Assembly (NCBI GenBank): GCA_040217195.1
Contig: JAVJNR010000008.1
Span: forward strand, 32,001 to 96,000
Length of the DNA stretch: 64,000 bases
From: Leptospiraceae bacterium
GTDB taxonomy: Bacteria; Spirochaetota; Leptospiria; Leptospirales; Leptonemataceae
Reading direction: 5' to 3'
A program made the translations under genes and the position numbers. The notes under the pieces are model-generated. The model searched no databases. It was not told the origin of the DNA and saw only the letters and a program-made list of their open reading frames with translations. Below, in pieces: positions 11,663 through 21,443 of the stretch. Position 1 is the first letter of the stretch; each line of letters starts with the position of its first letter.

Positions 11663-11707
11663 GAGGGGCGCAATGCCCCTCAATACTCGTATTGAATATA
11701 GATGGAA

Positions 11708-12607
11708 TTAGTTTAACTTTTCTGCCACTGCCTTTTCGAATTGTTCAGGAGTTAGATTCGTTAACGCTTCTCCATCCAGGTAGAAACTTGGCGTTCCTCG
11801 AACTCCGGCTTTTTCGCCTTGCTCGATATCTGCCAGCACTTCCTGTCGCATGGCTGGATCCGTCATACATTCATCGAATTTTCCCTGATCTACACCCAGG
11901 GAAAGAGCCAGCTCTCTGGCACCGCCATCTTTTCTAGTCTGTTCCAGCTGACTTTCATCGAACATTGTGTCGAAGAATTGCCAGAATTTGTCTGGTTCAA
12001 TTTTCTTAACACAGTTTGCTGCAATGTGTCTGTTCATTGCATCTGGATGAATCTGGTTTAAAGGAAAATCTTTGAAAACCCATTTGATTTTGTCACCGTA
12101 CTTCTCACGAATCTTTTGAGCGGTTGGCTGAATTCGGATGCAATAGGGACAATCGAAATCGGAGAATTCAACAACGGTTACCTGGGCTTCTGGATTACCT
12201 CGCACAGGATCGTCTTCCACTGCAATTTCTACCGCAGGAAGCTTGGGCAGGTTGGGATTCACTTCCAGTCCATAGTCTTCGGCCATCTTACGAATCTTTT
12301 GATTCATGGCACCACGGGATGGATTCTCGGAGAATAGCTGAGCCATGAATTCATCGGAAGACTTGCCTGCTTTTTCAGCTTCCATGGCTATCATCTTTTC
12401 GTATACATGATTCTGAAGTGCCTGAGCGACGCGTTCATTGTGCTGTCGAATTAGCTCAATGCGAGTTCTCTCATCAAGGTTATCGATGGTATACGTTTTT
12501 CCATCCAGAGTCGCTTCCGCTCCTGGTGGTCCGCAAAATGGAAATAGTGCAGAGATACTGATTACTGTCAGTGCGATGAAAGGCTTTCGCCAGTTAATTT
12601 GTGTCAT
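11708..12607 (-). CDS. DsbA-family (thioredoxin_4) exported protein, probable lipoprotein
   Basis: EFSDFDCPYC, KDFPL, GVRGTPSF; N-terminal signal ending LFPFC. Confidence 0.9.
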   Translation of the reverse strand: MTQINWRKPFIALTVISISALFPFCGPPGAEATLDGKTYTIDNLDERTRIELIRQHNERVAQALQNHVYEKMIAMEAEKAGKSSDEFMAQLFSENPSRGAMNQKIRKMAEDYGLEVNPNLPKLPAVEIAVEDDPVRGNPEAQVTVVEFSDFDCPYCIRIQPTAQKIREKYGDKIKWVFKDFPLNQIHPDAMNRHIAANCVKKIEPDKFWQFFDTMFDESQLEQTRKDGGARELALSLGVDQGKFDECMTDPAMRQEVLADIEQGEKAGVRGTPSFYLDGEALTNLTPEQFEKAVAEKLN

Positions 12608-13547
12608 TGTTTACCTCATTTTCAGGAGCCTGGTTTCGAATGGTTCCAGCGCCGTTATAATCTACTTCGCAGATACGGCTCTGATAACCGAAGGAGGATG
12701 CTCTGCTGATGATTCGATCCAGCGGCTCCTTTGATACATCATCCTTCTCAAAAAAAATAGCAATTCCCGGACCTGATCCAGAAAGACAACAGCCCAGACA
12801 ACCCTGTTCCAGGCTGAGATCCCTCAGTTCTGTGAATCCTTCTACAGCATGCACTCTATAGGGCTCATGTAGCCGATCCCCCTGAAGTGCCATTCTAAGG
12901 CTGTCTTTATTCCCCCGATCAATATAATCAAACCAGGCAGCAAGGCCACGCATGTTCGAAATGCAATCCTCTGCGGTGTAATGATCGGGCAGATGGCCCC
13001 GGCTTTCCCTGGTGGACATCTGCTTTTCCGGAATCAAAATCATCATACGAAAGGTAGCTGGCAGGGTTCTTTTTAAATACTTTCCTTCTGGCAGAGAACA
13101 GATCCATCCGCCTACCCGGGCGGGCACAACATTGTCCGGATGTCCTTCCATTTCGCAGAGCAGGGATATTTGTTTTTCCAGAGGCCAGGCATTCTTACCC
13201 AGCTCATTCAATCTTTCATTGGCAGCCAGTATTCCTGCCACAAGGGCCATGGCCGAGGAACCGAATCCGCGGCCAGGTAATAAATCTGCCCGGATAGATG
13301 CATTCCAGGGCAGCACAGAAACACTGGATTCCTGGAGAACTCGATTGTAAGACCTGGCAATAAGGTTCTTTTCCGGTGGAATGGGAAGTAATTCACCGGA
13401 GTCATCCGTGAGTTTATAGGTCCCTTCTTTGTGGAACTGGAAATTAATATCAGTGCCCAGAGAAAGAGCTATTCCCAGAATATCAAACCCCGGCCCCAGA
13501 TTGGCCGTAGTGGCCGGAACATGAATCTGCAAACTTGAGAGAGACAA
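12594..13547 (-). CDS. thrB: homoserine kinase
   Basis: VPATTANLGPGFD, GRGFGSSA, EGHPDN, DRLHEPYR, LSGSGP. Confidence 0.95.
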   Translation of the reverse strand: MSLSSLQIHVPATTANLGPGFDILGIALSLGTDINFQFHKEGTYKLTDDSGELLPIPPEKNLIARSYNRVLQESSVSVLPWNASIRADLLPGRGFGSSAMALVAGILAANERLNELGKNAWPLEKQISLLCEMEGHPDNVVPARVGGWICSLPEGKYLKRTLPATFRMMILIPEKQMSTRESRGHLPDHYTAEDCISNMRGLAAWFDYIDRGNKDSLRMALQGDRLHEPYRVHAVEGFTELRDLSLEQGCLGCCLSGSGPGIAIFFEKDDVSKEPLDRIISRASSFGYQSRICEVDYNGAGTIRNQAPENEVNNDTN

Positions 13548-13553
13548 GATCTG

Positions 13554-13871
13554 TCAATCCATCAGACAGCTTCCGGTGAATCGGGAGCCGGATTCCACTT
13601 CCAGATCCGGCGAACGCACATCCCCTTTGAGCTGGCAATTCTTGCGCAGGCTTACCTTTCTTGTGGCCACCACATTTCCGGTGAGATCGCCTTCCAGTAC
13701 CAGCACGCCGGCCTGTACATCCGCTTCTACGCGGGCCCGGGATCCAATGGATAGATCGCCTCCCGTATGGATGGTCCCTTTGAACTGGCCATTCACTCTC
13801 AATTTTTGATCAAATTCCAGCTTACCCCGGAATTTGATATCTTCACCCAGTACGGTTTCCTGTTCCTGCAT
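13554..13871 (-). CDS. bactofilin (polymer-forming cytoskeletal protein)
   Basis: TVLGEDIKFRG...LRVNGQFKGTI...VESGSRFTG beta-helix pattern. Confidence 0.9.
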   Translation of the reverse strand: MQEQETVLGEDIKFRGKLEFDQKLRVNGQFKGTIHTGGDLSIGSRARVEADVQAGVLVLEGDLTGNVVATRKVSLRKNCQLKGDVRSPDLEVESGSRFTGSCLMD

Positions 13872-13964
13872 ATCTGAATGCCAGATCCTTCATCCATCCG
13901 GTCAGTCAAGATTTATTGGAGAAAAAACGCTGCATATGACCCGGAAAATGCCGTATAGATCAGT

Positions 13965-14708
13965 ATGAGCGACCTGGATATGTCAGCCATGCGCAGGCTC
14001 TGGAAAGCGGGCCCTTCGCGTCTGGAAGGATACTCAAAGCATTATTTTACAGAAACTGCAGAAGGCGATGAACTGGAATTGGATTACCATTTTGCCCGGG
14101 AAATGGTGAAAATTACACTTACCATGGCCAGCGAGCGTGGGCGGCAGTACGTAGCGGTGATCAAGAAAGGTGTGATTCTGCAGGAAAGGGATTTTTCAGG
14201 CAATCGAGATGCTGACCTGAGCTCTCGAATAGCCAGATTCAAGGAATGGTTCGATTACTTTCCGGATAACCATGTTCTTTCCAGTATGGGAGGAGTTTAT
14301 GGTCTTCCTCTGAAATCCAAATTGCATCAGGACCTGGTCCGGGAAAGCCGAGCCTGGGAAAATCTGAAACCCCTTCGTCTGGTGGATGAATTCCGGCGCT
14401 ATATGGATCGAAAGCGCCGCAGAGAGGATCGTGTCACTGGGATACTACCAAGGCTTTTGCGAAGGCTGCCTTCGGAGGCACTGGACATTGCGGTCGGACT
14501 GACTATGTTTGCTGCTTTTCTCATGGGTAAACTGGGGCCGGGGGAATTTGCCTTTCTGGGAGGGGCTTATGGCCTGGCAGCCGGAGGCCTGGACTGGTTA
14601 TGGCGACAGAGGGAGCCCTTCATTCCCAAAATACTATTCTTTCATGGTCTGGCGGCATGGACGGTATGGCATGAAATGCAAATGAGACTTTGGGGGATTT
14701 TTCTCTGA
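13965..14708 (+). CDS. hypothetical protein with C-terminal membrane segments
   Basis: 247-aa ORF; soluble N-terminus, about three hydrophobic helices at the C-terminus. Confidence 0.7.
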   Translation: MSDLDMSAMRRLWKAGPSRLEGYSKHYFTETAEGDELELDYHFAREMVKITLTMASERGRQYVAVIKKGVILQERDFSGNRDADLSSRIARFKEWFDYFPDNHVLSSMGGVYGLPLKSKLHQDLVRESRAWENLKPLRLVDEFRRYMDRKRRREDRVTGILPRLLRRLPSEALDIAVGLTMFAAFLMGKLGPGEFAFLGGAYGLAAGGLDWLWRQREPFIPKILFFHGLAAWTVWHEMQMRLWGIFL

Positions 14709-14748
14709 TCGGGCTTGCTTTCTTATTCGGCTCATCTAATTTTGAATC

Positions 14749-15240
14749 ATGCAGGGACCTGCCACAGGAATGAAGCGGAGCATCTCCGAAGTAGAACAGA
14801 AGTACATAGTCTTCTCACTGGGAGATGAAGAGTATGGACTACCGGTACTGCAGGTTCATGAAATCGTTCGTCTAACCGAGCTTATCAAGGTACCCCATTC
14901 CCGGGAATATTTCATGGGACTAATGGATATCCGGGGAAGGGTGTTGCCGGTTATTAATCTTAAAAGAAAGCTTGGTATCCATCTGGACGAAGAAGAATCC
15001 GCACTGGACCGGGCCATCATTCTGGAAACCGGAGGAAGGCGCGTAGGACTATCCGTAGACAAAGTATCTCATGTGGTTCGCTTTGCCTCGGAGGAAATTG
15101 ATAGTGGTCCACCTACAGTTAAGACGGTGAGCACGCGTTTCATAACCGGAGTTGGGAAGCATAAAGATCGGTTCGTAGTTCTTATGAACCTGGAACATCT
15201 ATTCTCAGACGAAGAATTGCAGGAACTTTTTCAACATTAG
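14749..15240 (+). CDS. cheW: chemotaxis coupling protein CheW
   Basis: YIVFSLGDEEYGLPV..V.EI, GLMDIRGRVLPVINL, GLSVDKV. Start may instead be ATG 14770. Confidence 0.92.
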   Translation: MQGPATGMKRSISEVEQKYIVFSLGDEEYGLPVLQVHEIVRLTELIKVPHSREYFMGLMDIRGRVLPVINLKRKLGIHLDEEESALDRAIILETGGRRVGLSVDKVSHVVRFASEEIDSGPPTVKTVSTRFITGVGKHKDRFVVLMNLEHLFSDEELQELFQH

Positions 15241-15253
15241 ATTTCTATTTCGC

Positions 15254-15282
15254 TTGACCGCCAGGCCCACTCCAAACATTGT
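15254..15282 (+). promoter_or_regulatory. putative sigma70 promoter for tRNA-Lys/tRNA-Glu
   Basis: TTGACC-17 bp-CATTGT, ending 10 bp before tRNA-Lys. Confidence 0.4.
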
Positions 15283-15292
15283 GCCTGCGGTA

Positions 15293-15365
15293 GAGACGAT
15301 AGCTCAGTTGGTAGAGCATCTCCCTTTTAAGGAGAGGGTCCTGGGTTCGAGCCCCAGTCGTCTCA
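15293..15365 (+). tRNA. tRNA-Lys (TTT)
   Basis: GAGACGATAGCTCAGTTGGTAGAGCATCTCCCTTTTAAGGAGA...GGTTCGAGCCCCAGTCGTCTCA. Confidence 0.95.
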
Positions 15366-15383
15366 GATCCGGCAACGGAAAAC

Positions 15384-15455
15384 GTCCCGTTCGTCTAGCG
15401 GTTAGGACTCTGGATTTTCATTCCAGCAACAGGGGTTCGATTCCCCTACGGGATG
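15384..15455 (+). tRNA. tRNA-Glu (TTC)
   Basis: GTCCCGTTCGTCTAGCGGTTAGGACTCTGGATTTTCATTCCAG...GGTTCGATTCCCCTACGGGATG. Confidence 0.95.
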
Positions 15456-15535
15456 CATACAAAGAGTTGAGCCCGACAGAGAAACATGCTTCGCAATCTC
15501 TCTGAGAAGCAACTCAACGGTATCATAAAAATCTC

Positions 15536-15561
15536 AGGCCATCCAATTGGATGGCCTTTTT
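15536..15561 (+). terminator. intrinsic terminator of the tRNA-Lys/Glu transcript
   Basis: AGGCCATCC-AATT-GGATGGCCT-TTTT perfect hairpin with T-tract. Confidence 0.8.
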
Positions 15562-15654
15562 GCTTTTCAGCCAGGCTTCAGATTATCCCGGTTTGTATTA
15601 CTGCCGGATTTGCCACGTCTCTCCGGGCCGGCCCGGAAGGACCGGTGCGGATTG

Positions 15655-16584
15655 TTAGATAGATTCGCGGAAGCTGCGGTAGTTTTGAATCACACCGTCT
15701 GGATCTTCTGTCTGCGGGTAATGGCCAATGCCTTCCAGATAGACCACGTCTGCGTCTGTAACCAGTTCCCTGTAGCGTTCCGCAAGGTGCCGGCCTGATA
15801 CCGGATCCTCCGGACCATCGATTAATCGCATGGGTACATCGCTTTCCAGAAGAGGGTTTACCCATCGATCAAAGAATTGCTTTCTCTCTCGCATATAACG
15901 AATGAGCTTATGGTAGATGCGCACGCCATTGTTATGCTCGATTAGCTCCCAGAAGGTCTGCAATTCTTCGGCGGAAGGACGCGTATCTTTACCAAATACC
16001 TCGGCGAAGCTCTTTTCAAACTTTTTCTGATTAATGAAACGCGAAATGATGAAACCCAGGGGACTGTTCAATAACTTTTGAATAGTTCTTGGGCGATGCG
16101 TGTCTGGAATGAGGCCACCATTTAAGAAGCAAATGGAATTTAGTCTGGACTGAGAATCCGAATTCGTCCAACTTCTTGTTTCCAGAATGGATGAATCCTT
16201 TCCAGGCTCCTTTCGATGCTTTCTGGCCTCATGCCTGGCCAGTAATTCCTGGGCGACTGTATCGCCATAATCGTGTGCCAGAATATGATAATCCCGGATG
16301 TTTAATTTCTCAAGTAATCCTTCCACCAGGCTGGCCTGATCGATTAAAGAATAATGGTATTTGCCAGGTTTATCGGAATACCCAAACCCAATGAAATCTG
16401 GAGCGATCTTTCTATACTGCGGAAAACCGTGCCATACATAGGACCAGTCATAGGATGAAGTAGGAAAACCATGGAGTAATACAAGAGCAGGGCCCTGACC
16501 TTCATCCACGTAGAATATGTTTTGATCTCTGTAATTGAAATACTGTCCTTTGCCTTTCCAGGTATTTACAGATATAGGGCTCAT
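15655..16584 (-). CDS. alpha/beta hydrolase (MEST/epoxide-hydrolase-like)
   Basis: LHGFPTSSYDW, GFGYSDKP, AHDYG nucleophile elbow, GHYPQ. Start at MSPISV. Confidence 0.9.
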   Translation of the reverse strand: MSPISVNTWKGKGQYFNYRDQNIFYVDEGQGPALVLLHGFPTSSYDWSYVWHGFPQYRKIAPDFIGFGYSDKPGKYHYSLIDQASLVEGLLEKLNIRDYHILAHDYGDTVAQELLARHEARKHRKEPGKDSSILETRSWTNSDSQSRLNSICFLNGGLIPDTHRPRTIQKLLNSPLGFIISRFINQKKFEKSFAEVFGKDTRPSAEELQTFWELIEHNNGVRIYHKLIRYMRERKQFFDRWVNPLLESDVPMRLIDGPEDPVSGRHLAERYRELVTDADVVYLEGIGHYPQTEDPDGVIQNYRSFRESI

Positions 16585-16706
16585 GTACCGATTCAGGGAA
16601 ATCTTACAGGTACGGGCAAGCAAAAACACCGCAATATCCGCAAGGTTATGGCGGGCGACCGTCCTGATCTGAAGGAAGAATCCATCGATTGTGTCCGGGA
16701 CACCTG

Positions 16707-17390
16707 CTAAAATAAACCTGGTATAAGGCTTCGCGTCTTCTTAGCCCAGGCGTCATATTGGGCTCCGTATTTCCTGGCCAGATATCGATCCAGCATGGGT
16801 CCATTGAAGAATGCAAAAAAGCAAATTACAAGGATTACCACAATGGCCGAGTAAATGCTTCCAGTAATGCATGCCATACCGGCGACCCAGATAATATCTC
16901 CTGTATAGTTAATATGCCTGGCCAGTGCAAAGGGGCCGGTGGTATAGAGTTTTCCTTTGTTTTCAGGATGTTTCTTCCAGATATGACGGGCCAGCTCAGA
17001 TCCAGTATTCAATGAAGAGCCAAATAGGAATAGCCCCAGGCCCATCCATTCTAGCCATCCCACAGGTTCTTGATTAAAACGAACCAGCGCACCAAAGAAT
17101 AGAAAGTATAGAATGAATGCGAATGGTATACCCATCGCCTCCTCCCAGTTCATACTTCTTCGAAGCAGATAAATGAGAGTGAATAGTATTCGCAAGGTGC
17201 TGATTACCATGGCCAGGGCCAGAACGGCCCCTCGGATGGGATCTGCGGTGGGAGGCGAATACCCTGGCCAGAGTGGACTTGCAAACATCAGGTGCGATCC
17301 TCCGGCCAGTAGTAGTGCACCACTCAATACCACGAATAGTCTGGGCAGAGTAGATGCTGTTTTCTTTTCATATACAGTTTCAGAGTTCAT
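16707..17390 (-). CDS. DUF1295 / steroid 5-alpha-reductase-like membrane protein
   Basis: Multi-TM; GKLYTTGPFALARHINYTGD, Y.AW.KKT..LIP. Start at MNSETV. Confidence 0.8.
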   Translation of the reverse strand: MNSETVYEKKTASTLPRLFVVLSGALLLAGGSHLMFASPLWPGYSPPTADPIRGAVLALAMVISTLRILFTLIYLLRRSMNWEEAMGIPFAFILYFLFFGALVRFNQEPVGWLEWMGLGLFLFGSSLNTGSELARHIWKKHPENKGKLYTTGPFALARHINYTGDIIWVAGMACITGSIYSAIVVILVICFFAFFNGPMLDRYLARKYGAQYDAWAKKTRSLIPGLF

Positions 17391-18001
17391 TGTTTCTTTT
17401 CCTCTTCGATTGGTCGATAGGGCTCCTCCACCGGCAGGTGGGCTACAAGAAGCTTTAAATAGAAAAGCGGTAGAAACCATTCCAGCCCCGGAACAGAACC
17501 GAACATCATGCTGATGATCAGCGCCAGCGAATACACCGAAAGGCTGATCGTTCTTTGTAGATAGATGGCTGAAAGCAAGATGGCCGTTGATGACAGGATG
17601 AGCACTAAGCCATGCATCAGGAGCCAGAAGTATCCAGTGCCAAATGTGAAGGCCACAATAGACAGATGAACGAGGTGCAATGAGATGAATCCCATGTGTT
17701 GCCAGAATCCCTGGCCTGAACGATGATACCATCGCTTGGCCGACGAAGTGGAGTTTGTAACGATTCCACCGGCTATGTCAAATCCAAGCAATCCTGCCAG
17801 TACTATCTGTAGTACCGTTTGCGAATTATAAATGGCATAGTATAACGTTGCAGAGCTTGCCAGCATAGGCAGAACAATTTGAGATGCGATTTCTGCCCGG
17901 CTTGCTCCTGGACCGGTGATTCGTGACATTACCCCATTGAAGCCTCGGGGCATTTTCGGTAGCTCCCAACTGGAAAAGGGACTGCTTCTAAATTCTTGCA
18001 T
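17387..18001 (-). CDS. hypothetical integral membrane protein
   Basis: GPGA..AE, DIAGGIVTN.T.SAKRWYH, H..FI.LH..H; overlaps both neighbours. Start uncertain (18001 or 17953). Confidence 0.75.
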   Translation of the reverse strand: MQEFRSSPFSSWELPKMPRGFNGVMSRITGPGASRAEIASQIVLPMLASSATLYYAIYNSQTVLQIVLAGLLGFDIAGGIVTNSTSSAKRWYHRSGQGFWQHMGFISLHLVHLSIVAFTFGTGYFWLLMHGLVLILSSTAILLSAIYLQRTISLSVYSLALIISMMFGSVPGLEWFLPLFYLKLLVAHLPVEEPYRPIEEEKKQ

Positions 18002-18608
18002 TCGGTAACACTCCAGATGTGCTATGATCCACCAATTCCAGAAAGGCATCCATTTGCTTGATTCTTTTGGACCTGGGAGTCTTGAAAAAAGCCCAGTGCA
18101 ATACAATCCCATCCATGCAGGAAATTAAAGTTCGCATGGTATTTCTTCCCGATTCAGGCAGTTGCATCCACTTTTGCAAGTCTCCGGCCATCTGATTAAA
18201 TACTCGGCCCACAAAGGTATTCATACTCCCTGAATCGTTTGCTATAGTGCTTCCAAATGCCTCAAAAAATAGCCGGGTCATATGTAGCTCCCCCTGAGTT
18301 ACTTCCAGAGACATGCGAAAAAGTTCCAGGGCAGCAATAGGGGACGGGGGATGAGAAGAAATGAATGCCTGTAAGTTACCTTGCATTTCTGAAAAGAACT
18401 GTCGAAACAACTCCTCCATCATTTCCTCTTTAGTCTGGAAGTATAGATAGAAGGCTCCTTTGGATATCCCCGCCATTTCGCAAATATCGTCGACTCTGGT
18501 CCGGGCATAGCTGGCAGTCTGGAAATGTTTGGAAGCTGCCTCCAGGATCCGTTGTTTCCCCTTCTGGCTGGTAGAAGCTTTTTGCTTTTTCTTGATTTCT
18601 GATACCAT
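17988..18608 (-). CDS. TetR/AcrR-family transcriptional regulator
   Basis: RILEAA..HF...Y..T.VDDICEMAGISKGAFYLYFQTKEE HTH; GGAG RBS before ATG 18608. Confidence 0.92.
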   Translation of the reverse strand: MVSEIKKKQKASTSQKGKQRILEAASKHFQTASYARTRVDDICEMAGISKGAFYLYFQTKEEMMEELFRQFFSEMQGNLQAFISSHPPSPIAALELFRMSLEVTQGELHMTRLFFEAFGSTIANDSGSMNTFVGRVFNQMAGDLQKWMQLPESGRNTMRTLISCMDGIVLHWAFFKTPRSKRIKQMDAFLELVDHSTSGVLPNARI

Positions 18609-18631
18609 GGATATCTCCGGTCTCCTGAAAG

Positions 18632-18649
18632 TGACTGACTGGTCAGTCA
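18632..18649. promoter_or_regulatory. palindromic TetR-type operator
   Basis: TGACTGAC-TG-GTCAGTCA perfect inverted repeat just upstream of the tetR start. Confidence 0.8.
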
Positions 18650-18855
18650 TTGTTTAGCTGGAGCTTTCCTGCAAGCAAAAAATACTGATTTTCTCGGGTA
18701 GTAAGGAATTAGCTCCTTGCAGCGATGAGAGGAAAAGAGCTAATTCCGGTATATGCAACTTCAGAATCACCTTCTAGTCGGTGAGATTATGAATGGCCAC
18801 GCCTGCAGCCAGCTACAGGCAGTCAACTATCCAGAATAGAAAGCCCGATTTCGAA

Positions 18856-20037
18856 TCAGATGATCATATCCTCAATGGGCCTTCGCGGTGCTTGAAAATC
18901 TTCTTCGCTGCGTCCCAGCAATGCATTGATTTGAATTTTCGCTGGAGGATGCACTCCTACAAATCGATTATATTTTTTGGCCAGCTTCATCATTGCCGGG
19001 AATTCCTGCATCAGCTGGCTTGTGGGCCGCATTACCAGTCCCAGACTGTGGGCCGCCAGTTGAAGCCTGGCATAGTCCCTTCCACAGAGCACCCAGTCTT
19101 TTACTGTATTGGTGGAAGTGATGAGTAGAATCTGCCCCTTAACAGAGAACAGATTCTCTCGGTAGCTATCTAGAAAGGCAGTCTGGTTGGACGAAGAATG
19201 AAATACATCCGGGTCATGGCTCAAAAAGAATGTTTCAAAGAACCATTTCTTCAAACCTGTTATACCATTGCCGGCCAGGGAAATTCCATCCCTCTTACCG
19301 TAGATCTCATCGTCTCCAATGCGAAACCATTTTCTGGATTCATCGGCCGTGGGAAAATAACCCATCTCAGATTCCATGCCCTGAAAATGAAACTTTAGAT
19401 GTTCTTTCAGATTCTGGGAATTGGTGGATTTTAGTTTGCTTACTCGTGGTGCCGTCAGCTGAGCTAATGCATGGTATTCCTCTTGAGTGATATCTGGACC
19501 CCCATAGGCAGATCTTACCGTTCTGCGATGGCTCACGAAGGCATACATGGGATCTTTAAATTCAGAAGGCAGGAGTCGGATTCGAGCTACAGGTTTCTTT
19601 CCCAGGTCTTTGGTAGGATCATAACCCTCCGGAAAAAGTGAGATTCTAGATTCCATACCGATTTCACCGGCCCCCACAGAAAGTAGCTCCAGAAGGCATC
19701 CCTGTCCTAAATGGACCTGGCGGAATGTTGGATCTGTTTCAGGCAAAATTCTAGTTTCATCTACGTAGAGCAGGGCCTCGGTGTCCGAAATCAGTCGAAA
19801 CTTCCAGGCCTGCGTATTATGCGGATTGGGAGCCGAAATACCCACAGCCAGTGCTTGCAGGATCGGAGTCTGCAGTCCGGAAGCGCGCGCATTCTGGAGT
19901 GGATCTGTTGCGCCTGAACTGAAACGGGCCTGGGAGTATGTGGAGCAATGGGAACCCAGGGCAGCTGCAGTGATGAACCCTCCAGACTTAAAAAGGAAGT
20001 CCTGGCGACTTAATTGGGATTGTCTTCTTTGTTTCAT
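18856..20037 (-). CDS. Acg/nitroreductase-family FMN-binding protein with export signal
   Basis: APNPHNTQAWKF, LPETDP..RQ...GQGC.LE, RRTVR..Y, GR.Y.R..L; N-terminal SRQDFL + hydrophobic stretch + Cys. Confidence 0.85.
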   Translation of the reverse strand: MKQRRQSQLSRQDFLFKSGGFITAAALGSHCSTYSQARFSSGATDPLQNARASGLQTPILQALAVGISAPNPHNTQAWKFRLISDTEALLYVDETRILPETDPTFRQVHLGQGCLLELLSVGAGEIGMESRISLFPEGYDPTKDLGKKPVARIRLLPSEFKDPMYAFVSHRRTVRSAYGGPDITQEEYHALAQLTAPRVSKLKSTNSQNLKEHLKFHFQGMESEMGYFPTADESRKWFRIGDDEIYGKRDGISLAGNGITGLKKWFFETFFLSHDPDVFHSSSNQTAFLDSYRENLFSVKGQILLITSTNTVKDWVLCGRDYARLQLAAHSLGLVMRPTSQLMQEFPAMMKLAKKYNRFVGVHPPAKIQINALLGRSEEDFQAPRRPIEDMII

Positions 20038-20323
20038 AGCAGTAGTCTAACCTTTGTTTTTCCGTAATTCGACCGTCCCTGCAGGGCTGGTCGAGAAAAG
20101 TAAGGAATCCTGCAAGATTCGCTCGGTCCAGGAAGTCATGGCCCGGGCCTGCACCCAGGGGCCGGAATTGGAATTTCCGGAAGAATCATGGAATTCCAGG
20201 CGAGAACATTGGATGGCAGTTCGTAACACTTTGGGCATTGCGAATGCTCGGTGGCGAACCTGACAGCCTTTGAGTGTGGCTCAATTTTGCTTTCCACCGT
20301 TTTCAATTCTCTGAGAATTAGCT

Positions 20324-21439
20324 ATGGATTTCATCCATGGGGCGGGCATTGCTCAATGTATTCTTCTGGCTGTCTACTTCCTCCATAAGAGGAAGGAGCC
20401 CGGAAATCTGTTGGAATCAGTCCTGCTTCTGATAGTGGCCGCCACCATCGGCATTGGCTACCTGTATGCTACGGGGCTTGTACTGAAATGGCCTCACCTG
20501 GGCCGATTTGGCTTCACTTTCATGTCCCTGATTGGTCCGCTTTTTGCGCTTTCGATGAAAGCCCGGGAAAGCAGAGGAATCCAAAAATGGGATTCACTCT
20601 GGTTTATTGTTCCTCTGGGTGTTACTGTATATCTAATTCCATTCCATCTTTCTTCTGTGGATGAGAAGATGAGATACCTGCGAGAAGATCTGGTAGAGAT
20701 TCATCTGGATTGCGTGATCATTCTGTATCTGGCATTGTTTAATAACCTCTTTTCTATGGGCCATTCAATGCTGTCTATGTACCGATGGGAAAAAACCAGT
20801 TCGAACTTTTCGAATATTGGAATTAGCATGGGTGCCAGAGCTTACTACTGGATACCAATTTCATTCTTGTTAATTGCAGCTTCCTATTCAGCTTTCGATC
20901 CCAACGTATTGAACTCAGGTCTTTTTTCCGCTGCCGGTTCTTTGATTGTTCTACTCAGGGCCTATGTATTGCTCTACAATAGAGAGACGTCTGGCGAAAA
21001 TCATGCGATGTATCCGCCAGAGTTGCGTTATAGAAAGAATTTACTGCCAGAGGATTTGGTGCAGCAAAAAGGTCAGACCATTTCCGAGTACCTGGATGAA
21101 GAAAGCCCTTTTCTGGAACCGGACTTTCAGCTACCGCAACTTGCAAAGGCGGTGAATCTGAATACAGTTCAAGCCTCGCAGATCATAAACCGATATTTCA
21201 AATGTTCCTTTATCCAACTAATTCAAAAAAGACGGGTGGAACATGCTGTAGATCTTCTGCGGCAAAGAGATGAATCCTTCTCGATTCTGGATATTGCAAT
21301 GGAAAGCGGCTTCAATTCCAAATCTTCTTTCAACGCTTCATTTCGCAGAATACACGGTCAGTCTCCCAGTGAATACAGAAGGTCAAAACAAAACGATATG
21401 ACAGACTCTGGCCGCCCGGTCCGAGGGACTCTCGAATAG
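20324..21439 (+). CDS. membrane-anchored AraC-family regulator
   Basis: About seven TM helices, then FLEPDFQLPQLA...ILDIAMESGFNSKSSFNASFRRIHGQSPSEYR. Confidence 0.92.
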   Translation: MDFIHGAGIAQCILLAVYFLHKRKEPGNLLESVLLLIVAATIGIGYLYATGLVLKWPHLGRFGFTFMSLIGPLFALSMKARESRGIQKWDSLWFIVPLGVTVYLIPFHLSSVDEKMRYLREDLVEIHLDCVIILYLALFNNLFSMGHSMLSMYRWEKTSSNFSNIGISMGARAYYWIPISFLLIAASYSAFDPNVLNSGLFSAAGSLIVLLRAYVLLYNRETSGENHAMYPPELRYRKNLLPEDLVQQKGQTISEYLDEESPFLEPDFQLPQLAKAVNLNTVQASQIINRYFKCSFIQLIQKRRVEHAVDLLRQRDESFSILDIAMESGFNSKSSFNASFRRIHGQSPSEYRRSKQNDMTDSGRPVRGTLE

Positions 21440-21443
21440 AGTC

